DNA of 61,251 nt, the filler included, from Kipferlia bialata (taxonomy: Eukaryota), in the NCBI GenBank assembly GCA_003568945.1. It is 3 parts of 3 records of this genome, joined end to end, with 100 filler letters (N's around TTAATTAATTAA, not from the genome) between each part and the next. Parts side by side here need not be neighbours in the genome. Positions count along the whole stretch, not along the records: positions 22,918 to 45,662 come from BDIP01000279.1; positions 45,763 to 61,251 come from BDIP01000329.1; 1 more part is not named here. The stretch is one strand, 5' to 3'. Below, piece after piece: positions 41,004 through 54,100 of this stretch (its first letter is position 1; the number at the start of each line of letters is the position of its first letter). The notes beneath the pieces were generated by a model. That model was not told the origin of the DNA. It saw only the letters and a program-made list of their open reading frames with translations, and did not search any database. Made by a program: the position numbers and the translations under genes.

Positions 41004-41624
41004 CTGGAGATGAGAGAGTAAGAGAGAGGACAAAGACAGGAGATATCTTGCACAGGTATTCAATTCCCATACTCACTGATACGATGTATTAGAGAGAGAG
41101 GGGGGGGGGGATGTCCAACCTTCCGCAGGGGCTTCTTCTGATTGTTTGGGAGTCCCATTGCGGGATAAGTCAAAGGTGGTTTGATATATAGATCACTAAG
41201 AAAGAGAGAGGAGAATGGGCCATGTTAGTGTATTAGAAGTTGAGACCCAGAGTCTGGTGACCAGACTGGGGACCAGTCCTATCATGTACTTCCTTGGCTA
41301 GGAGTCCCAGCTGCTTCAATACTTTGGTAATATTTGTTGATACCTGAATAGAAAGGATATACAGCATGATAGTTCTGGGTGAGAATGTCTAACAGAGAAT
41401 GAGACACGAGGGGTGTATACACAATGCAACCGTTAAATCCACGCTTCTCCCAACAAGATAACAAATGCTATCTATATATTAGGATCACTTGAATGTCAAA
41501 CTATCGACAAATACATAGGATACACAACAACGATACCACACAGTGAGCACCGGTACTGATACTCACCCTGCGTAACACCTCCAGCAACCCACATACTATC
41601 AACGGTCTGCCAACTAACCCTGTC

Positions 41625-42053
41625 CTACTTGGAGAATGGGAACACTGCCTTCCCGATGTGTGACCCCTCTACCGCGTAGAATACCCCTCTTACTACCAGC
41701 AGTGCCTGAAGGTACTCATGCATGGCATCTGCAGAGACAAACTTTGTCTGACTAGCAACACTTAAAACCTGTCTACACCAATCTGGAATAGAATCATCTG
41801 CTACGTTCCGGTCCTTGTGAATGAACTTGAGCACTCTAGTCACCTCACCCCTATCTACTAGCAGCTGCACAGTGCGGGCATTGACATGTCTCAAGCTAGA
41901 GCTACACACGCCCAGGATCTCTGTCCAGATACGTGGCGTGAACACTATATCAGTCACCCTCGCAGAGTGGTAGAGAGACCCGGTAAAGACAGCCATCTCT
42001 GCTTCCACAGAGTTCGTTACCTGGCAGTTGAATGAAGTATTACAGCTTTGCAA
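41625..42053 (-). CDS. Hypothetical protein (exon or fragment)
   Basis: 142-codon open frame with ordinary composition and no motif I recognise. Confidence 0.3.
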   Translation of the reverse strand: MQSCNTSFNCQVTNSVEAEMAVFTGSLYHSARVTDIVFTPRIWTEILGVCSSSLRHVNARTVQLLVDRGEVTRVLKFIHKDRNVADDSIPDWCRQVLSVASQTKFVSADAMHEYLQALLVVRGVFYAVEGSHIGKAVFPFSK

Positions 42054-42281
42054 CTGCTAAGAGTATCCGGCACAGGGGTAGCTAGGGAAGGAGCTGTCGG
42101 GATATATATGCAGAGAATGTGTACTGTAGACTCTAGATATAAATACCAATTTCAATAATAGACACAAGCATTTCAAATATATTTGAATACCTCAGACTGT
42201 AGTCCTTTACAGTGCACTGGCTCACTACAGTGTATGAACAGAGGAACCATGGTGCATCCCTCTCTCTAACAGAGACACAAG

Positions 42282-43635
42282 ATGCAACAGAGTGTGGACA
42301 TTGAGCTGTTTGAGGTTGACAACATACGTGTGGGCACCTTGTACACTCACGTGGTCAGTGCGGGTCACAACTCCGTGATAGCCTTCACAGACCCCTTTAA
42401 CTCAGATGGACTATCCCACACACTGGAGTACGAGTTTCTGGTCCGTGAGGGGTTTGGAACACGCTTCCACCGAGAGAGGGAGACCCCGGAGCAGTTCGGG
42501 ACAGACGTGTCACGTAGAGATTCGCCGATCAGACACCGCATGTGCCGGGACCCGCTGCGGATGCCTACGAGATAGCACGGGTAGGAGGCTTCGTCTGCGT
42601 TTGTGGGTCGCACAGAAAGAAAGAGTATAAGTATCAGCCCTGGGGCATCCACAGCATTCAGGTACACTGTCGTATTAGAATGAGAGGTTATTAGTGACTC
42701 CAACAGTATCTCTATATATAATGATGGTGCTGAGTCAGCAGTCAGCTGAGTCAGCTGAGTCAGCTGAGTCAGCTGAGTCAGCAGCTGACACATCTTACAC
42801 TTATACAGGTGCTAGACCTAAGCACTAGAACCTGAAAGGAAGCATCCCTTCACTCTGGTGATGGTACTCCCGCCAAAGGGTTTGGGAGGGGCAGTATGTT
42901 ATCAGACCTCCGGCTTGTGGCCCTCGAAGACCGACTGGTAATTCTCAAGGGCGGATACAAGCGTAAGTACTATCTGGAGGAGGAAACGGATCCTGCTGTT
43001 AGGGTGTGGATCCTTGATCCAAACCGGGGGGCTGTCAACCAGTACTCTCCAGAGGGGAGAGGTGGTACCGCCCCGCTACTTAGGACACTCAATTGGGCGG
43101 CGGTGGTTGATGATCGCATCTACGTTCAGTCTGGGTTAGTGTTGCACTCTCTGTCTCTTTCTACTGGATGGAGGAGAGAGAGGGAGCTGCCACTACTGTA
43201 TTGCAAGTCGGTGTCTATTCAGGTACCCTATACACGAAAACCTCTGAGAGTATGTAGCTACAATCGTCGGCGATGGTTCTGGATACTCACAACAGGTCCT
43301 GGGACGCCTGATCGTGTGCCTGTCATTCGTGCACCAGGAGCTGTCTGGTCATGTGGACACTAGACACTGTGTCTCTAGAATGCACTGTGATAGGGTTTCC
43401 GGACGTACCTTGCAGTGAGACACCTTACTCTTCGAGCGCCAATGGTGTTTCTGTAGCTCCCATTGAGGCAACCCAGTGTCTCTGCCATCTCTCCGATGTC
43501 AAGAGGAATCTCTCTCTCATCTCCTTCTGTCCCTCCCTGCTCTACTCCCACCACATCGTGGGCTGGGCAGACGCAAGGTGTGACGAGCGGGCTGGGACGC
43601 TGGAACTCGAGGACGAGTATGTCTCTGCACTTTAG
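42282..43635 (+). CDS. Degenerate kelch/beta-propeller-like protein, possibly a pseudogene
   Basis: Blade-like segments occur (DRLVILKGG, VRVWILDP, AAVVDDRIYVQSG, MWTLDTVSLEC). I could not build a clean continuous splice path around 42575. Confidence 0.35.
42729..42789. repeat. 9-bp tandem repeat GTCAGCTGA (about 5-6 copies, palindromic core TCAGCTGA)
   Basis: Directly visible: gctgagtcagcagtcagctgagtcagctgagtcagctgagtcagctgagtcagcagctgac. Probably intronic. Confidence 0.85.
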
Positions 43636-44576
43636 ACTCATCTTGAGAGAGAGAGGGGATTGAGAGAGAGGCAGTCGACGATGCAGCTGAAGATCAGTAC
43701 AATGAGCAGTACTCAGAGGACGACTGGTACAACGACTCGGTGTCGGAGAGATGGTAGATCCGGGAAACAATCTTCGATCAATAGCAACACTTTCAGTGTT
43801 GGCTCTGAGAAACAGGACGAGGTAACAAATGGACCCTTGCTCCATTTAGTTGTTTCGGCATCCCCACACATATCAGTTGGCACTTGAAGTTCAAGATATA
43901 ACCTCTACTAGCACACCCACAAGTACAATTCCCACAATCAACCCAGTGGCTACCCGGTACAAAAGCCAATAGTGAGTCCAGTATAAAAGATATATAGATG
44001 GAATTCCCTCTCCTCGTGTGCATACCATAGACGATGGACCACAGTGAGATGGGCTGGGGACACCAGAAGACACACACGCCAGAGTGTCAGCTGCCTATAC
44101 ACGGGGTCACGCATTACCTTACTACCTTTGATGGATGAACTAGAGTGTATAGTGTCTTCCACCATTTGAAATGGGGCCCATTTCCCTCAACGCCAGCATC
44201 TAGATTCCCACACCGGCCCCTTTAATGTCTCAACCTAGAGTAACGAGAAATGTCCAGCTCACTGTAGCATTACAGCCTGATAAGTTCTGGCATGTGAAGA
44301 TACACGCATCAGTCAATTAGTAGGAACATCATTGACTGTCAGGGTGATACTTATCATTTCTCAGCCAGTCCCACTAGGGGGGGGAAGGGAGATGACTCCT
44401 CTCAGAGGAGTGTCATCAGTTGTTGGAGAATAGGAACAATAGTGAGCCATGCTCCCCCGATGGCATCTCTGTGGCACTTTCCACTTCATAAACACCTCGA
44501 TGACTGTGTGTTGGGGGGGGGGAGTATGCTTTAATCTACAAAAGCAGTAGAGAGCTTCTTTACCTCAATCTATGTA

Positions 44577-44894
44577 CTACATCATATACCTCATAAGCCT
44601 CTCGACGACAATGTTGTCGTATTCCTTAATCTCGTTGATCAGCAACGCTGTTCTTCGAATGTCTGAGTCAGACTCTGACTTACAGTCCCCGGTCTTGAGT
44701 CTCTCCTTTACAGTCCGCCAGAACTCAGTAGCTTGGCGCCATATTGTGGTCTGATCCTAGAGGAGTGGGGGAGCGCAACGGAGAAGACTGAGCTTCAGAG
44801 TAGAAAAGAGTGTATGACTACTATTGTGTACCTCCCATGACAAGGCCTTGTACTCACTGAGTGTCGATACAGAGAGAAGGTCAGGCGACGCGGG
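44577..44894 (-). CDS. Small orphan protein, paralogue B (last two exons)
   Basis: PASPDLLSVSTLSEYKALSWE|DQTTIWRQATEFWRTVKERLKTGDCKSESDSDIRRTALLINEIKEYDNIVVERLMRYMM*. Confidence 0.55.
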
Positions 44895-45240
44895 CTGAGG
44901 ATGAGGAAGCATAGGAACCAGGAATAACCACGAAAGGGTATACTAGTATAAGCAATGGAACGGACTCAAATTGAGTGACTTGAGGTACTCAACCCTAATG
45001 ATGTATACACTCATATTCACTCAGAGAATAGATTATATATGGATGCGGTTCCAACCTCAGGCAAGGACTTATTCCCTGCATTAGGGCTCCATCCTGAGTA
45101 GCTCAAGCTGAATAGACCACAAGAGAGGAGCCCATTCAAAACCACACATATCTGTTTTTCCTCCAACCATATCTAAGGGTCCAGACGACGGTGGTCGCAG
45201 ATCTAACTCTGGAACTACCTCTCCTGTCATCAAGATATAT

Positions 45241-45525
45241 ATGGCCAAGCACTCTCTTGCCACCAAGAAGGAGGGATCTCAAGTCCAGTCTAAGGGGGTG
45301 TGCAAGAGGGAGAAGGCGGATCAGGAACCACCCGCTGCCCATGTCACTCTAGCAGAGTATGAGAGAGGTATGGGTGCACTTATGGCAGATCTGAAGAAGT
45401 TGGTAGACGGGCTTAATGAAGTCCGGGTGCTAATGAAGCGTAAGGAGGCAGAGAAGCTGGCACGCGAGAAGGTGAAAGAAGAGGAACGGATAACACAAGA
45501 GGAAGACCAAGAGGGGAAGGAATAG
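45241..45525 (+). CDS. Short charged coiled-coil hypothetical protein (94 aa)
   Basis: Intronless ATG-TAG ORF with a K/E-rich helical C-terminus; no recognisable family. Confidence 0.35.
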   Translation: MAKHSLATKKEGSQVQSKGVCKREKADQEPPAAHVTLAEYERGMGALMADLKKLVDGLNEVRVLMKRKEAEKLAREKVKEEERITQEEDQEGKE

Positions 45526-45610
45526 AATGCCTGTTTTGTGTCTCTGATAGCGAGGTCACTCTCTCTCCCGGCCTAGAGCTGTCCTCTCCAGTTTCGGACA
45601 CTAGTCTAGG

Positions 45611-45662
<52 letters not shown>

Positions 45663-45762
45663 NNNNNNNNNNNNNNNNNNNNNNNNNNNNNNNNNNNNNN
45701 NNNNNNTTAATTAATTAANNNNNNNNNNNNNNNNNNNNNNNNNNNNNNNNNNNNNNNNNNNN
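45663..45762. other. Artificial contig linker N44-TTAATTAATTAA-N44
   Basis: Same 100-nt block as 22818-22917. Confidence 0.95.
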
Positions 45763-45818
<56 letters not shown>

Positions 45819-45852
45819 TATATACACTATATACACTAATCTATATACACAC

Positions 45853-48800
45853 CAAGGGTCATGAGCTGGGTGGGTATGCTCAGGAACATGGGTACAAGGC
45901 GCTGGAAGACACGTCTCACGGGCTAGAGTGAGGAAATGAAAATATATACATAATATAATAGTAGCCTTTCAGATATATCGATAAATGACTGAAAAGTACA
46001 CAAGCACAACTATATATATGATTGGCACAAGGCGGTGGAAGACACGCCTAACAGGCTGGGGGTGAGTGTACATATACATACACAAACACACACATATGCA
46101 TAAATATAGATAGTGTATATACATATGGGGCCAATGCGCTGGAAGACACGTCTCACGGGCTGGAATGAGTATATATATAGACAGACATAGTATATAGTCA
46201 CATATGTATATACACTATGACACAAATACATACGAGACACGCCTAACAGGCTGGGGGTAAGTGGATACATTATATATCCAGACAAAATGAAATGACCTTG
46301 CAGCCATAGAGTTAATGACTAAAGAATACACATGTATCCAAAGAAACTACGTATACACCCTTAGTTACCTTCAGTGAGGCGTCTCCATCTAGCGTGTGCT
46401 TGGAGTGCCTATCTCCAGAGGTGAAGGTCCTAATGTGAGTATGTAATGAAATTCACACTCTACTCGGTCGATTGTAAGGGCATCATTCAAGCTCTGTCAC
46501 TACCCAAACCATATGGTAGATACTAGGCCTAGTACGAAGAATTTATCCAGCAGCGATACTCTTATAGATTTGCTCATATTGCATGGACAATATTGCAAAG
46601 CATTACCGTAGAATGAACTACATTATGACATATCCTGCACATACCTCACCAGCATCTCACAATTGTTCTTCTGGCCCTCTATCAATCTATATATCAATCT
46701 ATATATACATACATACATACATATTAGATATATATCGTTTCCCTCACCTCACCAGCATCTCGTAGCTGCTCTTCCTGCCTCAATATATATGATATATCTA
46801 TACATAACTACGTATTTGTATATTAACAAATGTCTTGCGCGTACCTAACTAGCATCTCGTAGCTGCTCTTCTGACCCTCTAACAATCTATATATACATAC
46901 ACATTATATATATATATCGTTTCCCTCACCTCACCAGCATCTCATAACTGCTCTTCTGGCCCTCAGACCTCACTATGAAGTGGCCAACAAAGCGCCACTG
47001 GGGTTAGGGACATTGGTATACATGCACACACCCAATGACGCCATGTCAGCGTATGGCATAAGTGTATATCTACTGTACAATATACTCACATACATATATA
47101 TATACATACCATAGCAACAAGGGTTAGCACTATCAATGACGCCATGTCAGCGTATGGCATGTGGGTGCCCCACAGGAAGGAGAGAGAGGCAGCGCCGTGG
47201 TTACTGGGGTGAGTACGGAGTGGAATACATCAATATGTATATATATAGACTGTAGATACTATAGATACTATGGATACTATAGATACTATAAATAAGTAGT
47301 ATTACTACACTAAGTAGGATATGCCCAACGGGAAGGGAAGCGATGTGACATCGCAGTAATACTGCTATAAGTATGGAATAGTATGCATATATATATACAT
47401 AGCATAGTGTATACCCATCTCTCTCTCAATATATATCCAAATGTAAATTCATTTCTACATATACACACCATATATACATATACATACCCACATATTGATA
47501 CATACCTGACATAGAACATGCCCTCCCTGATGACTAACCAAAGGTTTATATTAACGAACTAGTGTATATACATACATATACAACTGTACATACCTAGCAT
47601 AGAACATTCCCTCCCTGATGACTAGATACAGCGTATAGTATGCTAGTCATGATACACATATATGGGTATTCATAATACTAAATATAATATACATACGTAT
47701 ACAGTAATCACCTGACGTAAAACATGCCCTCCCTGATGACTAGCCACAGTATATATATACGAACTAGTATATATATACATCCATACAATTGTACATACAT
47801 ACATACAATTGTATACATACATACAATTGTACATGCCTAGCATAGAACATGCCCTCTCTGATGACTAGATACAGCGTATAGTATGCTAGTCATGATAGAC
47901 ATATATGGGTATTCATAATACTAAATGTTATATACATATGTATACAGTAATCACCTGACGTAAAACATGCCCTCTCTGATGACCAGATACAGCGCATAGT
48001 ATGCTAGTCATGATACCCATATATGCATTCATATAAATATATATATATATATATACGTATACAGTAATCACCTGACATAGAACATGCCCTCTCTGATGAC
48101 TACCAACACCATATAGACAGTTATCAATCATATATATATGTATACTTGTATATACATAGATCAATTAATAGATACCTTGTGTAAAACAGACCCTCCTTGA
48201 TGACCAGCCACAGCACCAGTATCAGTTCAACTGAGAGGAGGGCGGAGACAGGGTTGTGGAAGAGCTAGGGGTGAGGAATATAGAGAGACACAGAGAGGGA
48301 GAGAGAGAGATACTCCATAGACAGTGGTGTGAAGTGTCCAAAGTTAGATATCTAGGTATAGATAGAGGTGCATATATACATACAGTCGATTATCCCATCC
48401 TACCCGCAGTATGTTAAGGCTCTATATACATATATACACACATATACATATATACATATATAAAACACACATATATCTACCTATCTATCTGTACATGTCT
48501 GTATATACCTGCAGCGTGTTCATGTATCTTTCTCTCTCTCTCTATACATATATATAAATATATACCCTTACCTAGAATATATATATATATGATAGTATAT
48601 ATGTTAGTATATATATATACCTGCAGTGTGTTCATGCTGCTGAATGCCACAAAGACATTGGACAGGAACTGGGGGTTGTAGCAGAGCTGGTATTAGAAGG
48701 TATATATACTACATACATATACATACCGATTCATAAAGAAATCTACAAATATGAACACAGATCACTGGACAGAAGCTCAATATGCATAAATGAGTGTGAC

Positions 48801-49465
48801 AAATATATATATGCATCTACACTTCTATCTGTATATAACTCACTATATGTACCTTGACAATCTGCCATATGCACCCGAACATGAGCACCCAGGGGTTGAC
48901 GTGCTCCACCCCACTCTCTACACTCTCTACACTCTCTACACTGATGTCTACACTCTCATTGTGCTCAGTGTCTGTATCCTTGGACACTGGACGTCCCTTG
49001 CCGTGGCCGTCGGCTGTGAACCTACGCGATGAGAACATACCCTGAATGAATTACACACTATTAATACTATATACAGTATTAATAGTGTCACTCTGCTACT
49101 ACTGTATATACTCTCTATACACCTAGCCTTCTGACCCAGCTTCCAGAGAGTATATATTGTATATTGTATATACATTTATATTATATATATAGTACATTAC
49201 AATATAGCCTAGTGTAGTACCTAGCCTTCTGGCCCAACTTCCAGAGTCATATTGTAGTATAGTATATAGAATAGTAGCAATAAATCAATATTATATAATA
49301 CTATAGTATACCTAGCCTTCTGGCCCAACTTCCAGAGGGGACTGCCAACAGGTACAAGGCTGGGGGTGAGACAATGACGATATACTAATATATGCATATG
49401 TATATATATACACATATATGTATTATACTATACCTGTTCAATGTCCTCAGTAAATGTATATATTA

Positions 49466-49511
<46 letters not shown>

Positions 49512-50317
49512 ATACATATATACTCCAACACGAACAATGCTGGGGGTGAAAAAGGGGGTGCCATGCGATACGGCATATATATACATACCCACATTTTTAC
49601 CAGTATATACACACACACATATGATAAAGTACCTGTTGAGTGTCCTCAGCTCTGTCAACAACAAGTCATCCACTGCCGTGATGCCGTGCGACACGGCATG
49701 GGGTGATGTAGGCACTGCTGTACACTCTGTGTCAGACATGTCACTGACAGTGGATATGGACATAGGGAGGGAGAGAGAGAGCATAGAGGCAGGCGGAGGG
49801 CCAGAGTGGGTGGGGCGCATCAGTACTAGGGGCACGTCTACATCCAAAGCACTCTCTGTCTCTGAGAGGATAGTCTCACTCTCTGATACCACGATGTCTG
49901 CATCGCCGTATGCATCGCAGTGCTCAGATAGAGAGAGAGAGAGGGAGAGGGACACGGGGTCCAGGCAGGGGGAGAGAGAGTGGGTGGGTGAGGGTGTATC
50001 ATGGACCACTACCCTCTCTCCCTCTCCCTCTGTCTCTCTATCCCTCCTCTCAGCCACATCGAATGACTGTGTCATCGAGTAGATACTGCTGCCCTGAAAG
50101 GAGGATGCACTACCCATACTGGGTACACTCCCTCTACTTCCTATAAAGGAAGATGCACTCCCTCCACTAGGTATACTGCACATAGACCCCATAGAGCCCA
50201 GAGAGCCCATAGAGCCAATGCTCCCTATGCTGCTGATGCTTCCCATCACCTGGGCTACTGCTCTCTCTCTCGCCTTGTCCCTTCCCACAGTCGACATGGA
50301 CCTGGGGTCAGATTGAT

Positions 50318-50360
<43 letters not shown>

Positions 50361-50486
50361 CTCAATACTAAATACGTATATATTAACTATACCTATACAT
50401 ACATAATGTATATATTCCAATACATGTATCCATATCATACCTCGGCATGGCAGAGACTGCCCCCATCACCACACATATACTACATG

Positions 50487-50517
<31 letters not shown>

Positions 50518-51107
50518 ATGCATACAGTAATACACTACTACTATATATATATATCTCACCTCGGCATGGCTGAGACTGCCTCCATCACCACACATGTCAT
50601 GTCGGTCTCTCTCTCCCTCTCCCTCTCGGGGTCTGGGGTGTCACGTCTGGAAGAGGCAACCCTAAGATGAGGGATATATATATATATATATAGACAATCA
50701 TATAAGAGGCCACCCTGGGGTGAGGGCATTACCCACGTACATATATCAATGTATATGTATATGTATATGTCTTGTATTGAACATACAGAGACATCCTTGG
50801 GGGAGGCAACCCTAAGAGGTGAGGGGTATATATATATATATATATATATATAGACAATCATATAAGATGCAACCCTGGGGTGAGGTACATGTGGTATAGG
50901 TTCATATACTTTGTGTATATACATATACATACATACATATACCCTTGGAAGAGGCCACCCTGAGGTGAGGGCATTACCCACGTACATATATCAATATACA
51001 TGTATATGTATATGTCTTGTATTGAACATATGGTATAATAGGCTCATATACTTTGTGTATATGCATACAGAGACATCCTTGGAAGAGGCCACCCTGGGGT
51101 GAGGGGA

Positions 51108-51150
<43 letters not shown>

Positions 51151-54100
51151 CATATATATATATAGACAATCATATATGATGCAAGTCTGGGGTGAGGAAC
51201 ACATGGTATAACAGGTTCATATACTTTGTGTATATGCATATACACACAGACATATCCTTGGAAGCGGCCAGCCAAATGGATGAGGGCAATACAAATGAAG
51301 AGATCTACGTATACATTGGAGTGGGGGGTATGCAAATCCCAGTGTATATTCGCACACACAGATCCAGATATACTTCAACACATACCTACTCCATTCTTGG
51401 GGAGGGGAGTATATATATTCATATATGTGTACCTAGGTGTGTAGAGTGTGTCCCCCCTGTGACTGAAGCTGTCCTCTCTGGCCAAGGTGGTCTGCTCAAT
51501 GCTGAGGGGTTAATAATGGAACAGTATCATGCATATAGTGATATATATCATATATGCAAATATTTATGTATATGACTATTAACAGTATATACTCCCTGGC
51601 CAGGCTGGTCTGCTCAATGCTGGGGTGAGTAATAGTCTCCACATCATAATAGTCTCCATATGTGTGTGTACCTGGCTGTGATGACAAACCATGGGTCATC
51701 CAGTAGTAGTGGATGTTATCAAACATATATCTTAGAATCTATTTCTCTCTCTCTCTATATATATATGTATTCATATGAGTATACTCCTATATATATACCT
51801 GGCTGTGATTACAGACCATGGGTCATCCAGCAGTATGGACGAGGTGTATCCAAAGAGAGAGGGGTGGTCTCTGTCACACTCTCCCTCTCTCTCTCCCTCT
51901 CTCTCTCTGGGGGATAGGATCTGGGGTGGGAGGGACGTTGACAGATATACACACCAACACAACCTATTGAATACTGTTAACACTTCATAGCAAAATTCTC
52001 ACAAATATATATGTATGTATATATATATATATATGCGTGTACCTTGTCCACCCAGGATGCCTTGTGCTCCAGCAGACAGGTATCGCCTAACTCCTGCGGT
52101 GAGTGTAACACTTCTATAACACTAATGAATGTGTGGATATATTAGTGTACCTGTATAGTATACACCTCCTCAGATTCATTAATACTCAATTTGCAATAGT
52201 ATTCAATGAAATTTACATATCCATGCAACCACCTCAATCACCTCCAGTGCCATTGTCAGTGCTGGACAGTACATATATATACATCACTGTATATCACCAT
52301 ATAGTGGTACATATGGTATATACCATTATACTCACCTGTATCACCTCCAGAGCCCCTGTCAGAGCTGTGCTGGATAGGAGTATCACCCTCACAGGGAACA
52401 GGCATGGGGTGAGGGTTGTATCTATACTTAAGGATTTCCATCAAATTACTATGCGTAATACACCGCTTTCATACTTACAGTACTCTTGTGTATACATTGT
52501 ACATACATATATATACCTATTCCCTTGAGCACCTGCACCCTTGGCTCACTCTGCACCAGAGGACATGGAGGGGTAGAGGTACAGGGGGGTGCTTTGCAGA
52601 CAGCTCTGGCAACCTAGGGGGTGAGGAGAGGACTCTACTTCCTGGTAGATATATCATAAGAGAGAGAGAGAGAGGGGTCATCTTGCAGACATCTCTAGCA
52701 ACCTAGGGGGTGAGGTATGAATATATCTAAAGAGATATATATATGTATATATATATGGAGAGAGAGATAGAGGGAGAGAGATTCTGCAGACATCTCTAGC
52801 AACCTAGGGGGTGAGGTATGAATACAGTTAGAAAGGGAGAGAGATATGTAGGGAGGGAGAGAGAGAGATTCTGCAGACATCCCTGGCCACCTAGGGGGTG
52901 AGGCGTAATCAATCCACTAACTCTGTCATTGATATATAGTACAACTCACTGATCATTACCTCATTTCCTACTGCGAAACTACAATGACACACTTGTATTG
53001 TACAGTATAAATATACTCAATACAATACCCACCTGCTCACTGACCAGCACCACACTCTAGGTATCTATAGTAGATACATATATGTATATATATATGTATA
53101 TATGTATATATATATATAATACCACCCACCTGCTCACTGACCAGCACCTCGTTGACCCTGTTGTATAGTACAATATATATCTATATATCTATCTACCATA
53201 CAGATATATGTGTATATATATATACACAATGAAGTGCCCACCTGCTCACTGACCAGCACACTCTAGGTATGTATAGTATATAGTATAAGTATGTATAGTA
53301 TATATGTATACATCTATATATACAATACCCACCTGCTCGCTGACCAGCACCTCGTTGACACTGGCCTTGGCCATCAACCTGGGGGTGAGATAGATGTAGA
53401 TGCATATAGATAGAGAAACAAGTAGAGAGAGATACACTAAATATATACAATCTATATACTATATATATACTAGATATTTACAATTTACTATATATTTTAT
53501 ATACACTATATATATACTAGATGGTGTTGGCACTGGCCTTGGCTATCAGCCTGGGGGTTAGGTACGCATACGCAAATACACTATGATCACATAGGTAAAT
53601 CTAATGAGTACAGACATAATTAGAAGTCGTAAACTACCACAACATAATAGTTGTACAAATACGAGAATAGTGCTTATGAACATATCCGTTGGAATGAAGT
53701 GTGTAAACGAGAGTTATACCTAGCTGCTGTGTTGACTGTGTTGCCAAACACGTCGTGCATTAATGTCAATATAACATTATACTATATGTAGAATACAAAC
53801 ACACATATATATATACTGCACTATATACATGTACCTAGCCGCTGTGTTGACTGTGTTGCCAAACACGTCGTACATGAGCTCCGTAGAGCCAAGGACACCA
53901 GCCGTGACATCACCACAGGCAACACCGCCTCTGAGAGTTAGTGCATTATACGCAACTATATATATATATGTTAGTCTAAAGGGAGAAGATAGATAAAACT
54001 AGGACACCAGCTGTCACATCGCCACAGGCTACTCCACCCCTGTAGGGTTAGTAATAGTATAGAGCAAGAGTGTGTGTGACACACTGACATGTATATATAT

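Noticed and set aside
47505..48110. CRISPR-like repeat-spacer array
   Set aside because: The repeats are copies of an exon end plus splice donor, the spacers are related AT-rich intron DNA, and there are no cas genes.
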